Part shown: piece by piece, positions 29,454 through 37,973 of the stretch
Layout of the letters: each line of letters starts with the position of its first letter
Position numbering within the stretch: the first letter of the stretch is position 1
Assembly (NCBI GenBank): GCA_038207395.1
Contig: JBBQZW010000001.1
Coordinates: 13,530 to 77,529 of the forward strand
Length of the DNA stretch: 64,000 nucleotides
Source: Minisyncoccia bacterium
GTDB lineage: Bacteria; Patescibacteriota; Minisyncoccia; Phycocordibacterales; Phycocordibacteraceae
Reading direction: 5' to 3'
The notes under the pieces: model-generated
Seen by the model: only the letters and a program-made list of their open reading frames with translations
What the model was told of the DNA's origin: nothing
Databases searched by the model: none
Position numbers and translations under genes: made by a program

Positions 29454-30215
29454 CTAATGTGCCTCTTCACTCCCGTGTGACTCCATGATCGCAAGCTTAA
29501 TAAAGAACAGGGTCAACATAGAGAAGACGACTGCCTGAATAAACCCTACAAATACTTCAAATGCCTGAAGCGGCACGGGAAGTAAGTATGCGACGAAGAA
29601 ACTTGCGACGATAATCAACACCTCTCCTGCAAATACGTTTCCAAAGAGACGAAATGAGAAAGAAATGATGCGGCCAACGTTAGAAATAATCTCGATCAGT
29701 CCCACAACAAAGTTTATGGGTGAACTGAAGTTGATGTATTTGCCTATATATTTTCTCGCTCCAAGTACAACGAGCCCGGTTATCTCAATCGTAAAGAAGG
29801 CGATAAAGGCAAGTGCAAGCGTGAAGTTAAGATCTGCACCAGGCGCACGGAAGAGTGGAATGAATCCTTCATGGGTGTGGAAGCCAATAGACCCAACACC
29901 TGGAATGAATGCGAGTTCATTCCCAATCAAAACAAACAAAAAGATTGTCATGATGAGGGGGAAGAACGTCCGTGCATACTTTTCACTTTCCAATGTCTCT
30001 GTCATGTAGTTCAGCACACTTTCAAACAACCACTCAATGCCTGTCTGGAGTAGACCGGGAATAAGTGCGATTTTACGGCGGAAGTAGAACGTAAAGCCGA
30101 TAAGAATCAGCATCACGACCCAAGTCATAAGAAGACTATTCGTAATAGTAAAGCCAAAAAGAGAGCCGATTGGTTCAGCCTTAAGAATGACGCTAATACC
30201 TGAATGCGTTTCCAT
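29454..30215 (-). CDS. atpB: ATP synthase a
   Basis: SFSFRLFGNVFAGE, FIQAVVF. Confidence 0.96.
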   Translation of the reverse strand: METHSGISVILKAEPIGSLFGFTITNSLLMTWVVMLILIGFTFYFRRKIALIPGLLQTGIEWLFESVLNYMTETLESEKYARTFFPLIMTIFLFVLIGNELAFIPGVGSIGFHTHEGFIPLFRAPGADLNFTLALAFIAFFTIEITGLVVLGARKYIGKYINFSSPINFVVGLIEIISNVGRIISFSFRLFGNVFAGEVLIIVASFFVAYLLPVPLQAFEVFVGFIQAVVFSMLTLFFIKLAIMESHGSEEAH

Positions 30216-30305
30216 GAAAAAGCACGGCTGCCCGCCGTAATATAGGTACTATAACGTACGCATCTAAGTAATGAAAGCGTGAATAGCGTGTGCTATAACA
30301 GAAAG

Positions 30306-31148
30306 ATGAAACGTGAGGACGGTACCTTTTGGCAGCAGCAAGTGCTGCCCATTTCTCTTACCCTCGTCACAAGTGTAGTGCTTATCGGACTTATCTACCT
30401 TCAGATAACATTCCTGAACCGTTTTACCACGGAAGATATCTCACTTCGCATAGCACTTGCTGACATTCTTATAGGCATGACCGTGTACCTAAAGACATCT
30501 ATTGATTTTGCCTTATTTATTGGGAACTTGATGCGTGAGAATACTGGGTGGAAAAATCGTATAAGCATTGAACTCGGCACCGCCCTTGGGAACGCTCTTG
30601 GAACGATGGCCGTATTAACCATTTGGACTTTCTTCCGGGAGATTGACTGGCTACTCGCAATCATGATTATTGTGGCGGCACTGGTGCTTTTTAAGCTCGC
30701 TGAATCAGGTCTTGATCACGCAAAGCATACCGACCGTGAATACCCAGCGTTTTTCAAACGCTCAGTTTCGCTACTAGAACGCTTCCTCCACCATCTCAAC
30801 TGGTTCAGTTCACCACTTCTTAGATACATTCTTCCGGAAATGTCGATGAATGCAGGCCCTCGAAAAAGTTTCTGGGCCTTATTTGTTTTTTCTATCACGG
30901 TTCCGTTCGTACTTGGACTCGATGATTTTGCAGGCTATGTACCGCTTTTCTCTATCGTTAATGTTCTTGGCTTTACCATCGGTGTACTCATCGCGCATGC
31001 CTTTCTCAATATTCTTTTGTACATCTCACCGGCAAAAACAATTCAGGCCGTGAAAAACCCTATTATTTCATTCGTTGGAAGTATTGCCTTTGTAGGGCTT
31101 GCGGTATGGGGCATCTACGAAGCGCTTAGGCTATTATTTGGAGCATAG
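30306..31148 (+). CDS. Membrane protein, CadD/LysE-like
   Basis: TSIDF and DDFAGYVPLF resemble CadD motifs; many TMs. Confidence 0.55.
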   Translation: MKREDGTFWQQQVLPISLTLVTSVVLIGLIYLQITFLNRFTTEDISLRIALADILIGMTVYLKTSIDFALFIGNLMRENTGWKNRISIELGTALGNALGTMAVLTIWTFFREIDWLLAIMIIVAALVLFKLAESGLDHAKHTDREYPAFFKRSVSLLERFLHHLNWFSSPLLRYILPEMSMNAGPRKSFWALFVFSITVPFVLGLDDFAGYVPLFSIVNVLGFTIGVLIAHAFLNILLYISPAKTIQAVKNPIISFVGSIAFVGLAVWGIYEALRLLFGA

Positions 31149-31167
31149 ACATTGATACTACTTACGT

Positions 31168-32676
31168 ATGGAACGAACACGCCTTGTCATATATTGGTCC
31201 CGAAGAGACTTTCGATTCGCTGATAACCGCGCGTTAGTGGCAGCTCTAGCTGAATCAAAGGAAGAAGACGCCGTACTCTTGCCATTGTTTATTCTAGAGA
31301 ACTATATGGCCGCAGGAAATCCTGCAGCTCAGTTCGGACTTCCGTCTCGTCTTTTTCTTTCCCGTGCACTTCCCCACTTTGCTGCACAATTTCCTTCATT
31401 TATTATCGCACGAGGAACTGCCGTAAAGACAATCCTAGCCTTGGCACATGAATTTGCTATTACCATTCATACAAATGAAGATATTCATCCTGACTTTACG
31501 AAACAAATTACAAAAATACGTAATGCTGGGATTTCAATAAAAGTATATGCAGACCGGCTTACTGCGCCAAAAGATACGCGAACCGGAGCTGGCTCAGTGT
31601 ATTCAGTTTTCACTCCGTTTAAGAACGCCGTGCGTGAGCGGTTTGTACAAACTCCCGTAACTGAGACAGTTACGGCCAAAACCATTTCACCAGTGCCGAG
31701 CCACATACTAGAACGTATACCTTCACTCATACCGGTACTAGCGAATGATGAGTCTGCACTACTAAGCGAGTTTTCAACAGATCGAACATTCTTAATACGA
31801 AATGAGGTAATTGATCTAGAGAAATTACTTCCTCGTACCGATCCACGCGCCATTCTTAAAGACTGGTATATCACTGAAGAAGAAGCGATGGAGCATTTTA
31901 CCCAGTACCTGACCTCAGGATCTATGGATGCTTACGGTGAAAAACGTGATTCCCTTGCCTTTGACGCTGAGGGCACGGGTACCTCACGCATGAGCCTGGC
32001 ACTCGCATGGGGACTCGTGTCTGCGCGAATGCTTGTTTCGAGTATTCAAACACACTACGGAGATACGTTCGTGCACCCGCAAGCGGGTGCACGATATGAA
32101 GGCGCAGAAAAGTATATCTCCGAACTTATTTGGCGCGAGTTTTATGCGTACCTGCTCCACCACCGTCCCTCACTCTTAGATACTGAATTTCAAGAAAAAT
32201 TCCAAGGGACCATAGCGTGGGCAGACCAGAGCGACGCACTCACCCGCTTTACTGCATGGATTCAAGGATGTACTGGATACCCTATTGTGGACGCGGCAAT
32301 GAATCAGCTCGCACAAACTGGATGGATGCACAACCGCACTCGCATGGTGGTAGCTTCTGTTCTTACGAAAAATCTTGGAGTGGATTGGCGATGGGGACAA
32401 GAATATTTCCGTGCAGCACTTCTAGATCTTGATGAATCCTCAAATAACGGAGGATGGCAGTGGGGTGCATCGGTGGGTGCAGACCCTAAACCAATTCGTA
32501 TCTTTAACCCTGAACTGCAGGCTAAGAACTATGACGCGGAAGGAGCGTATCAAAAAAAGTGGCTTCCTTCTGAGTATCAAACACATCCTCCTGAACAGAT
32601 TATTCCCCACAAAGATGCTCGGGCGCAGGCACTCGCTCGGTATGGACTTTCAGGTGTAGAACCCCGCGACTACTAG
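31168..32676 (+). CDS. phrB: DNA photolyase/cryptochrome family (CPD class I-like)
   Basis: RRDFR..DN.AL, ELIWREFY, GYPIVDAAM, MHNR.RM, NNGGWQW, RIFNP. Confidence 0.88.
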   Translation: MERTRLVIYWSRRDFRFADNRALVAALAESKEEDAVLLPLFILENYMAAGNPAAQFGLPSRLFLSRALPHFAAQFPSFIIARGTAVKTILALAHEFAITIHTNEDIHPDFTKQITKIRNAGISIKVYADRLTAPKDTRTGAGSVYSVFTPFKNAVRERFVQTPVTETVTAKTISPVPSHILERIPSLIPVLANDESALLSEFSTDRTFLIRNEVIDLEKLLPRTDPRAILKDWYITEEEAMEHFTQYLTSGSMDAYGEKRDSLAFDAEGTGTSRMSLALAWGLVSARMLVSSIQTHYGDTFVHPQAGARYEGAEKYISELIWREFYAYLLHHRPSLLDTEFQEKFQGTIAWADQSDALTRFTAWIQGCTGYPIVDAAMNQLAQTGWMHNRTRMVVASVLTKNLGVDWRWGQEYFRAALLDLDESSNNGGWQWGASVGADPKPIRIFNPELQAKNYDAEGAYQKKWLPSEYQTHPPEQIIPHKDARAQALARYGLSGVEPRDY

Positions 32677-32686
32677 CCTTTACCGA

Positions 32687-33196
32687 TTATTTCTTTTTCT
32701 TAAGCGCTTCGAGGTCGTCTAGAATCTGACGTACGTGTGAGGTGAGCTGCTCAAGAGTGACTGCTTGCTCCTTTTCTCGTTTCTCTTCCTCTTCGTCTTC
32801 TTCACCCAGTTCTTCAATATCCTCACCAAGCTCTTCAAGATCCTCCTGCATTTCTCCCACATCCTCCGTAATCTCCTCAATGTCTTCTTGAATCTCATCA
32901 AGGTCTTCTCCGAGCTCTTCAACATCTTCCTGAATTTCATCAATATCCTCTTCAACTTCACGGAGACTCAGTGTGTTTTGGTTCACTGTCATCTGAATAA
33001 ATATTGCAAGGTAAATTGCTTCAAGCGAAAGCGCCGTCGTTAGAACAAGGAGCATAGTGCTCAAATCCAAGAGACCAAACACCACTACGCCGAAACTAGA
33101 TATGAAAATAATCGTATGAATGATAAGCGACATTGTTGAACCAATGCCGCGAGTTATGCGCTCAGTGAACGTAGGAGGGAGGTCGCGCTTCTTCAT
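32687..33196 (-). CDS. DUF1003-like 2-TM protein with an acidic heptad-repeat coiled coil
   Basis: LSLEAIYLAIFIQM followed by about 8 [IL]xED[ILV][DE]E repeats. Confidence 0.75.
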   Translation of the reverse strand: MKKRDLPPTFTERITRGIGSTMSLIIHTIIFISSFGVVVFGLLDLSTMLLVLTTALSLEAIYLAIFIQMTVNQNTLSLREVEEDIDEIQEDVEELGEDLDEIQEDIEEITEDVGEMQEDLEELGEDIEELGEEDEEEEKREKEQAVTLEQLTSHVRQILDDLEALKKKK

Positions 33197-33291
33197 ATAC
33201 TGACCGTAGCCCGCATGTGCGTCCTTGTCCACCCGCACAAATCATAAGTTGTTCAAAACATCGGTTCCGCAATCTTGTCAAAATAGGTACA

Positions 33292-34371
33292 ATGAATCAA
33301 ATGAATACTCCTCGAATTGATTCAGGTCTAATGCCCAAACCACGCAGTCCTCGTATACCTCCTCAGCGGAGAAAACGCCGGTTTCCGTTTGTTCCCATTT
33401 TAGTTTCAGTTATTGCTATTAGCGCAGCCATATTCTCCCTCCCCCTTATTCTTGCAGTAGACGTACAGCTCGCTACGAGTTCAAGCTATGACAGCACTCC
33501 GTTCCCCGTAACCGTTAACCCCGCTCTTAAGACTATTCACACGAACCCTGAGGTTGAAGCATTTTTATCAACGCGTCCCACTCAGCTTCCCGCTTCTGTA
33601 GGTTTTCTGCATAAAGTATTTGAGTACGTCGCGCTCAATATTGCATCGCTCCCTATATATCAGCAGATTGCAGGCGCCGCAGGCGCTCCAAGTCTTTTCG
33701 TTTCTATTCCTGCAGGAAGTCGTCAGGAACAGGTGGCACAATCATTTGGTACGCAGCTCGGCTGGACTGCAAAGCAGCGTGCTCAGTTTGTAGCAAAGGC
33801 ACGCACACTCGAGCCAGATCTTCCTCAAGGATCAACCGTTCCGGGAATCTACTTCGCAAGTATTAATGACCCCAATGACATAGCCACACTTGTACACAAT
33901 CGTTTTGATACGGAAATACTTTCCCGGTATAGCAGTAGTACGGAAGCGCAGGTTCCTTTGAGTGACGCTATTACCATTGCCTCACTTATTCAGCGCGAAG
34001 CAGGTGGCTGGGATGATATGCGTCTTATTTCAGGAATTATCTGGAACCGGTTATTTGTCGGCATGAAGCTGCAGATTGATGCCACGCTTCAATACGCTGA
34101 AGCAAATCAAGCCTCAGGAAAAACAGGATGGTGGCCGTCAGTTGAGCCTAAAGATAAATACATTAAATCTGCGTATAACACGTATCAAAATGCCGGACTT
34201 CCTCCTGGCCCTATAGCGAATCCGTCTATCGCAGCAGTGCTCGCTGCACTAAACCCTAAAAAGACTGACTGTCTCTTTTACTTCCATGATTCACACAGTC
34301 AGTTCCATTGCTCAAAAAACTACTCAGACCACGTAGCGATGCTAAAGAAGTATTATGGACAGGGTAAGTAG
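33292..34371 (+). CDS. mltG: Endolytic transglycosylase MltG (YceG)
   Basis: ASLIQREA, NRL..GMKLQIDATLQY, YNTY...GLPPGPIANP. Confidence 0.9.
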   Translation: MNQMNTPRIDSGLMPKPRSPRIPPQRRKRRFPFVPILVSVIAISAAIFSLPLILAVDVQLATSSSYDSTPFPVTVNPALKTIHTNPEVEAFLSTRPTQLPASVGFLHKVFEYVALNIASLPIYQQIAGAAGAPSLFVSIPAGSRQEQVAQSFGTQLGWTAKQRAQFVAKARTLEPDLPQGSTVPGIYFASINDPNDIATLVHNRFDTEILSRYSSSTEAQVPLSDAITIASLIQREAGGWDDMRLISGIIWNRLFVGMKLQIDATLQYAEANQASGKTGWWPSVEPKDKYIKSAYNTYQNAGLPPGPIANPSIAAVLAALNPKKTDCLFYFHDSHSQFHCSKNYSDHVAMLKKYYGQGK

Positions 34372-34378
34372 AAACCTC

Positions 34379-34588
34379 TTACGGTGAAGAGGTTTCTGTA
34401 ATCGCGCGTGCCGTTTCGGCTATCTCTTTGCATGCTGGGCACGTAATGAACTGTAGCTGTTCAGGCCATACCCAAATATTTCCTTTAGGCCAGCTAGATG
34501 CTGGACCTTTCATCTGACCACACGCACTTTGTGTTGAAGAGTGATCAAACCGAATATGGACAACACGTTCTTTGACTTGGGTCATTTC
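34379..34588 (-). CDS. Small hypothetical protein (H..C...CxxC)
   Basis: AGGAG SD before ATG 34588; SACG, ITCPAC. Confidence 0.5.
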   Translation of the reverse strand, partial: EMTQVKERVVHIRFDHSSTQSACGQMKGPASSWPKGNIWVWPEQLQFITCPACKEIAETARAITETSSP

Positions 34589-34650
34589 ATTCGCTCCTGC
34601 GTACTGTTCCTGCAAACACGATATACCTTATGGTCCGGAATGTATACAGC

Positions 34651-34676
34651 AAAAGCCGCGAACATTCGCGGCTTTT
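34651..34676. terminator. Hairpin, probably the original terminator of tRNA-Ala
   Basis: AAAAGCCGCGAA-ca-TTCGCGGCTTTT next to the tRNA-like scar. Confidence 0.7.
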
Positions 34677-34778
34677 TTCAGGTGGTCATTACTACATGAT
34701 ATTAGAACCTCCCTACTCCAATCCAGGCCAATAGATTTCCTTAGACTGATGGAGTCGCGGGGTGGGCTAGAGGGAAGA

Positions 34779-35526
34779 AAATTCCCTTAGGTTAGAACCT
34801 CTATTGCCTTACAACAATCTTGGTTCGTTCCCAGTCCGTAGGAACAATCGAAGTAATTCTTTTATTTTCTACATCTATCTCAAATACCATGTCTTTTAGC
34901 TTCCACCCCCGAACGACACCTACCTGCTCGAATTGGACTTTTAGCTCATCCATTCTCTCCTCTGCCTGTTGCATAAGAGTTGAAATATCTTCATCGGAGT
35001 ATCCGTTCTCCTTGAGATTGAGGCTTTCCTTTTCAGACCATCTAATCCCTGGAATACGCTCCATAACTATGATGTGAGTTCCAGCTTGTTCTGCTTTTGC
35101 GATAGGCTTTGCCACTGGTAGTCCCATTACAGTTAGCTTTTCAAGGATTTTATACTCGTAAAAAGGATCGCCTGATTCTCCGACAGCACCTTTGATCGTA
35201 TTAACCCTTCGTCCGACAGTATGAATTTCTTTCCCTTCCGCATTTGTCCAAGCTGGTAGATCTTTTACAGCAGTTGGATCCTCGCGAACTACACCAGCTT
35301 CGTCATATTTAACTTCTCCTGTTTTTATATTCTTTCCTTCACGCTCGAAATACCCCGCAGGATCATTAAGAAATGCTTGCGGCACAAACTCTACAAAACC
35401 TGATTCCACTTCTACCGTAGGAGTAGGAGGACTTTCTTGAGCGTTGCTATTAGGTTTGGCGGGACCTTCCATGGTGTTAGTGTACAACAAAATTGCATCT
35501 TACAAATTCCGTAAGATTAGAACCTC
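34779..35526. repeat. 23-bp direct repeats (20/23) at 34779-34801 and 35504-35526 flanking one gene
   Basis: AAATTCCCTTAGGTTAGAACCTC vs AAATTCCGTAAGATTAGAACCTC. Confidence 0.8.
34801..35472 (-). CDS. Hypothetical protein with divergent kinase-like (RIO/Kdo) features
   Basis: E..IL..L...GLPVAKP, IVMERIPG, TDWE; no canonical HxD. Confidence 0.6.
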   Translation of the reverse strand: MEGPAKPNSNAQESPPTPTVEVESGFVEFVPQAFLNDPAGYFEREGKNIKTGEVKYDEAGVVREDPTAVKDLPAWTNAEGKEIHTVGRRVNTIKGAVGESGDPFYEYKILEKLTVMGLPVAKPIAKAEQAGTHIIVMERIPGIRWSEKESLNLKENGYSDEDISTLMQQAEERMDELKVQFEQVGVVRGWKLKDMVFEIDVENKRITSIVPTDWERTKIVVRQ

Positions 35527-35583
35527 CTAAAACCTAAGCGCGCCAATACGAAATGACGGAAACCTTGACTTTGTGAACAAATG

Positions 35584-35656
35584 TGGACCCTAGCGGATTC
35601 GAACCGCTGACATCTTCATTGCAAATGAAGCGCTCTACCAACTGAGCTAAGGGCCC
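35584..35656 (-). tRNA. tRNA-Ala(TGC)
   Basis: GGGCCCTTAGCTCAGTTGGTAGAGCG-CTTCA TT TGC AA TGAAG-...GGTTCGAATCC...GGGTCCA. Confidence 0.96.
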
Positions 35657-35696
35657 GTATATGGGTATCTGTTCACAGGAAGTGAACCTTTAGACT

Positions 35697-36644
35697 TTAC
35701 CGCTTCCGGCTTTCCAAGGCAAGGGCAATAATGTGCTCAAGAAATTGAGTGAAGGTTATGCCGACCGCAGCAAGGCTCTTTGGCATAGGGGACTCTGCCG
35801 TTAATTCCGGAAGACTGCTTGTTTCAAGGTAATATATTCCCTTTGGAGAAACGATAAATGAGGAGTGAGAATAGTGCCGAAGACCAAGTTCCTGATGTAT
35901 ACGCTTCGCCTGCTCCTGGAGCTCACCCATTATTTGTTTGGAAAACCGCCCAGGAGCAACAAGGCTAGCAACTGATTCATACCTTGAAGGTACGGTCTCC
36001 ACCGCTGGCAGTGTGTATAGGTATTCTCCACGAATATTCTCAACAACACTGACTGAGGCATGCGTACCTCGAATATATTCTTCAATAAGTGCCCCGCCGG
36101 CTCCTTCGTTAAAAAGTCCGGTGACTGCTTGGTGTACGGGCAAGTATCCGGCAGGTAAAGTCGTTCCTACCGAAGAACCCCAGCGAGGTGATTTAACGAC
36201 CACTGGTTGAGGGTACGTTCGAATAACTTCGTGGATAATTGGATCAACACCTTCTTCGGTTTCAATAAACGTATAGCGAGGTACCAGAAAGCCGAGGCTT
36301 CGTGCTTTTTCTTTTGCTAGTACCTTGTGAATTGAAACAAACGAAGCAAATGAGTCAGATCCTGCGTATGGAATTCCGTACCTTTCAAGAACTTTTTGCA
36401 CTTCCCCATCCTCTCCGTATATTCCGTGGAGTGCGATCACTGCAACGTCAATACTAGGCAGTACAACAGCTGGTGATGTTATAAGTCCACGCTCATGCCA
36501 AGTGCCTTCACGGTCAATGAAGATGTCGCGTACCGTGTATTTCTCACGCGGAAGTGCATTTAGTACGGCATGACCAGAGCGTAGCGAAATCTCATGCTTG
36601 TGAGAAGGACCACCACGAAGTACGCCTACGACTGTGCCTTGCAT
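35697..36644 (-). CDS. ddl: D-Ala-D-Ala ligase homologue with degenerate catalytic motifs
   Basis: GGPS..HEISL.SG, LHG.YGEDG.VQ, GSSVG; C-terminal RxD and ExN altered. Confidence 0.75.
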   Translation of the reverse strand: MQGTVVGVLRGGPSHKHEISLRSGHAVLNALPREKYTVRDIFIDREGTWHERGLITSPAVVLPSIDVAVIALHGIYGEDGEVQKVLERYGIPYAGSDSFASFVSIHKVLAKEKARSLGFLVPRYTFIETEEGVDPIIHEVIRTYPQPVVVKSPRWGSSVGTTLPAGYLPVHQAVTGLFNEGAGGALIEEYIRGTHASVSVVENIRGEYLYTLPAVETVPSRYESVASLVAPGRFSKQIMGELQEQAKRIHQELGLRHYSHSSFIVSPKGIYYLETSSLPELTAESPMPKSLAAVGITFTQFLEHIIALALESRKR

Positions 36645-36662
36645 ATGATTCGAGTATACCAG

Positions 36663-37964
36663 CTACTTTTTCTCAGCACTCTTTCGCATTTGCATAGTAC
36701 GCGCATGACGGTGACGCGCGAGAGAAAAACGATGCGCCTCAGAGTTGACTAGAACAGCGTCAGCGTCTGTTATTCCTGCACGCAGACTTCCTATCACTTC
36801 ACGCGGACGGTGACGTTCATCCTTAACTACGGCGACTACCGGAATACCGATGCCGATCTCTTTCAAAAGTTCTTCAGCTGCTTTCTTATGCGTCTTACCG
36901 CCATCTACGACAAACGCCTTTGGAAGTGGCCACTCCGTGTGCCCTAAACGGCGCGAAAGGATCTCCTTAAGCGAAGCAATATCATCATTCGTTGATTTAC
37001 CGCCTCGTCCTTGGATGCGGAACATGCGGTAGTCCTTTTTCTGCGGCATACCATTTTCAATCATGACCATCACGCCAATGGCATTCGTGCCTCCAATGTG
37101 TGCCGTATCATATGCTTCGATACGCGGACCTTCCTTTTCTTCTCCATGATCTTCACGGATAAGTGAAACATCTTGGACATGATCAAGCGCGAAGAGCTGG
37201 CCGCGCGTAACCGCAGCTTCTTCAAATTCTTCCTGCTTTGCAAATTCCTTCATATCTTTCTGAAGCGTAGTGCGAAGGGTCTTAACCCGTCCTGAAAGAA
37301 ATAGTGAGACGTTACGTATTGAGCGCAAATACTCCTTGCGATCCATATTTCGAGGATACTGGCCAATCTGTCGGTTAAACTCAACATTCGCCTGCAGATG
37401 TTTGTTTCCTCCGCGTACCGTCACACTTCGTCCAGCTGCAGCTATCGGTTTTGCAGTGTCGTAGAAGGGAAATATCTTACGTATGATGCGGAGTGCTTCG
37501 CGGAGCTGAAACCCAGACGTGAAGGGGCCATGCGCATGAGTAAAGGGAATTACGGGTGCACCCAGGAGCACCTTTCCTTTAAAATCAATTTCCTTTCCTC
37601 GTATTGCAAGCACGCGCGGAATCTCTTCGTCAGTAATAACTGCATACAAAAAACTCTTATCATCCTTACCCATCGTATTGGCAGGAGGATTGTGTTCACG
37701 GATGAGCGCGGCTTCGCGTACGAGTGCTTCAAGTACGGTCGGCACGGTTTCGTGCTCAAGCCCATCAGACTGCGTGACCATGTCCACAATGCGCGGTCCG
37801 CGCGTAACGATAAGGTCATCATCAAAGTACGAGCGCACGCGGTCACGAAGGGACGTTGCCTTCCCTACATACAGTATTTTCTTGCTCCGTCCTTTCCCTT
37901 TGGTAAATAGATATACTCCTGGGCAGTCAGGGAGATCAAATGCTTTTAGATCTGCGCGCTCCAT
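36663..37964 (-). CDS. uvrC: Excinuclease ABC subunit C (short, no HhH)
   Basis: PGVY..YVGKA..LR.RVRSYF, IEAYD..H, VDGG. Confidence 0.9.
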   Translation of the reverse strand: MERADLKAFDLPDCPGVYLFTKGKGRSKKILYVGKATSLRDRVRSYFDDDLIVTRGPRIVDMVTQSDGLEHETVPTVLEALVREAALIREHNPPANTMGKDDKSFLYAVITDEEIPRVLAIRGKEIDFKGKVLLGAPVIPFTHAHGPFTSGFQLREALRIIRKIFPFYDTAKPIAAAGRSVTVRGGNKHLQANVEFNRQIGQYPRNMDRKEYLRSIRNVSLFLSGRVKTLRTTLQKDMKEFAKQEEFEEAAVTRGQLFALDHVQDVSLIREDHGEEKEGPRIEAYDTAHIGGTNAIGVMVMIENGMPQKKDYRMFRIQGRGGKSTNDDIASLKEILSRRLGHTEWPLPKAFVVDGGKTHKKAAEELLKEIGIGIPVVAVVKDERHRPREVIGSLRAGITDADAVLVNSEAHRFSLARHRHARTMQMRKSAEKK

Positions 37965-37973
37965 ACCGCTACA

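Noticed and set aside
34690-34810. Integron attC site (TCTAAC after the stop codon)
   Set aside because: No complementary GTTRRRY end or attC-like hairpin, and no IntI in the window
35527-35583. Recombinase pseudogene remnant reading into tRNA-Ala (YEMTETLTL*TNVDPSGFEP)
   Set aside because: Too short and interrupted to support as a feature
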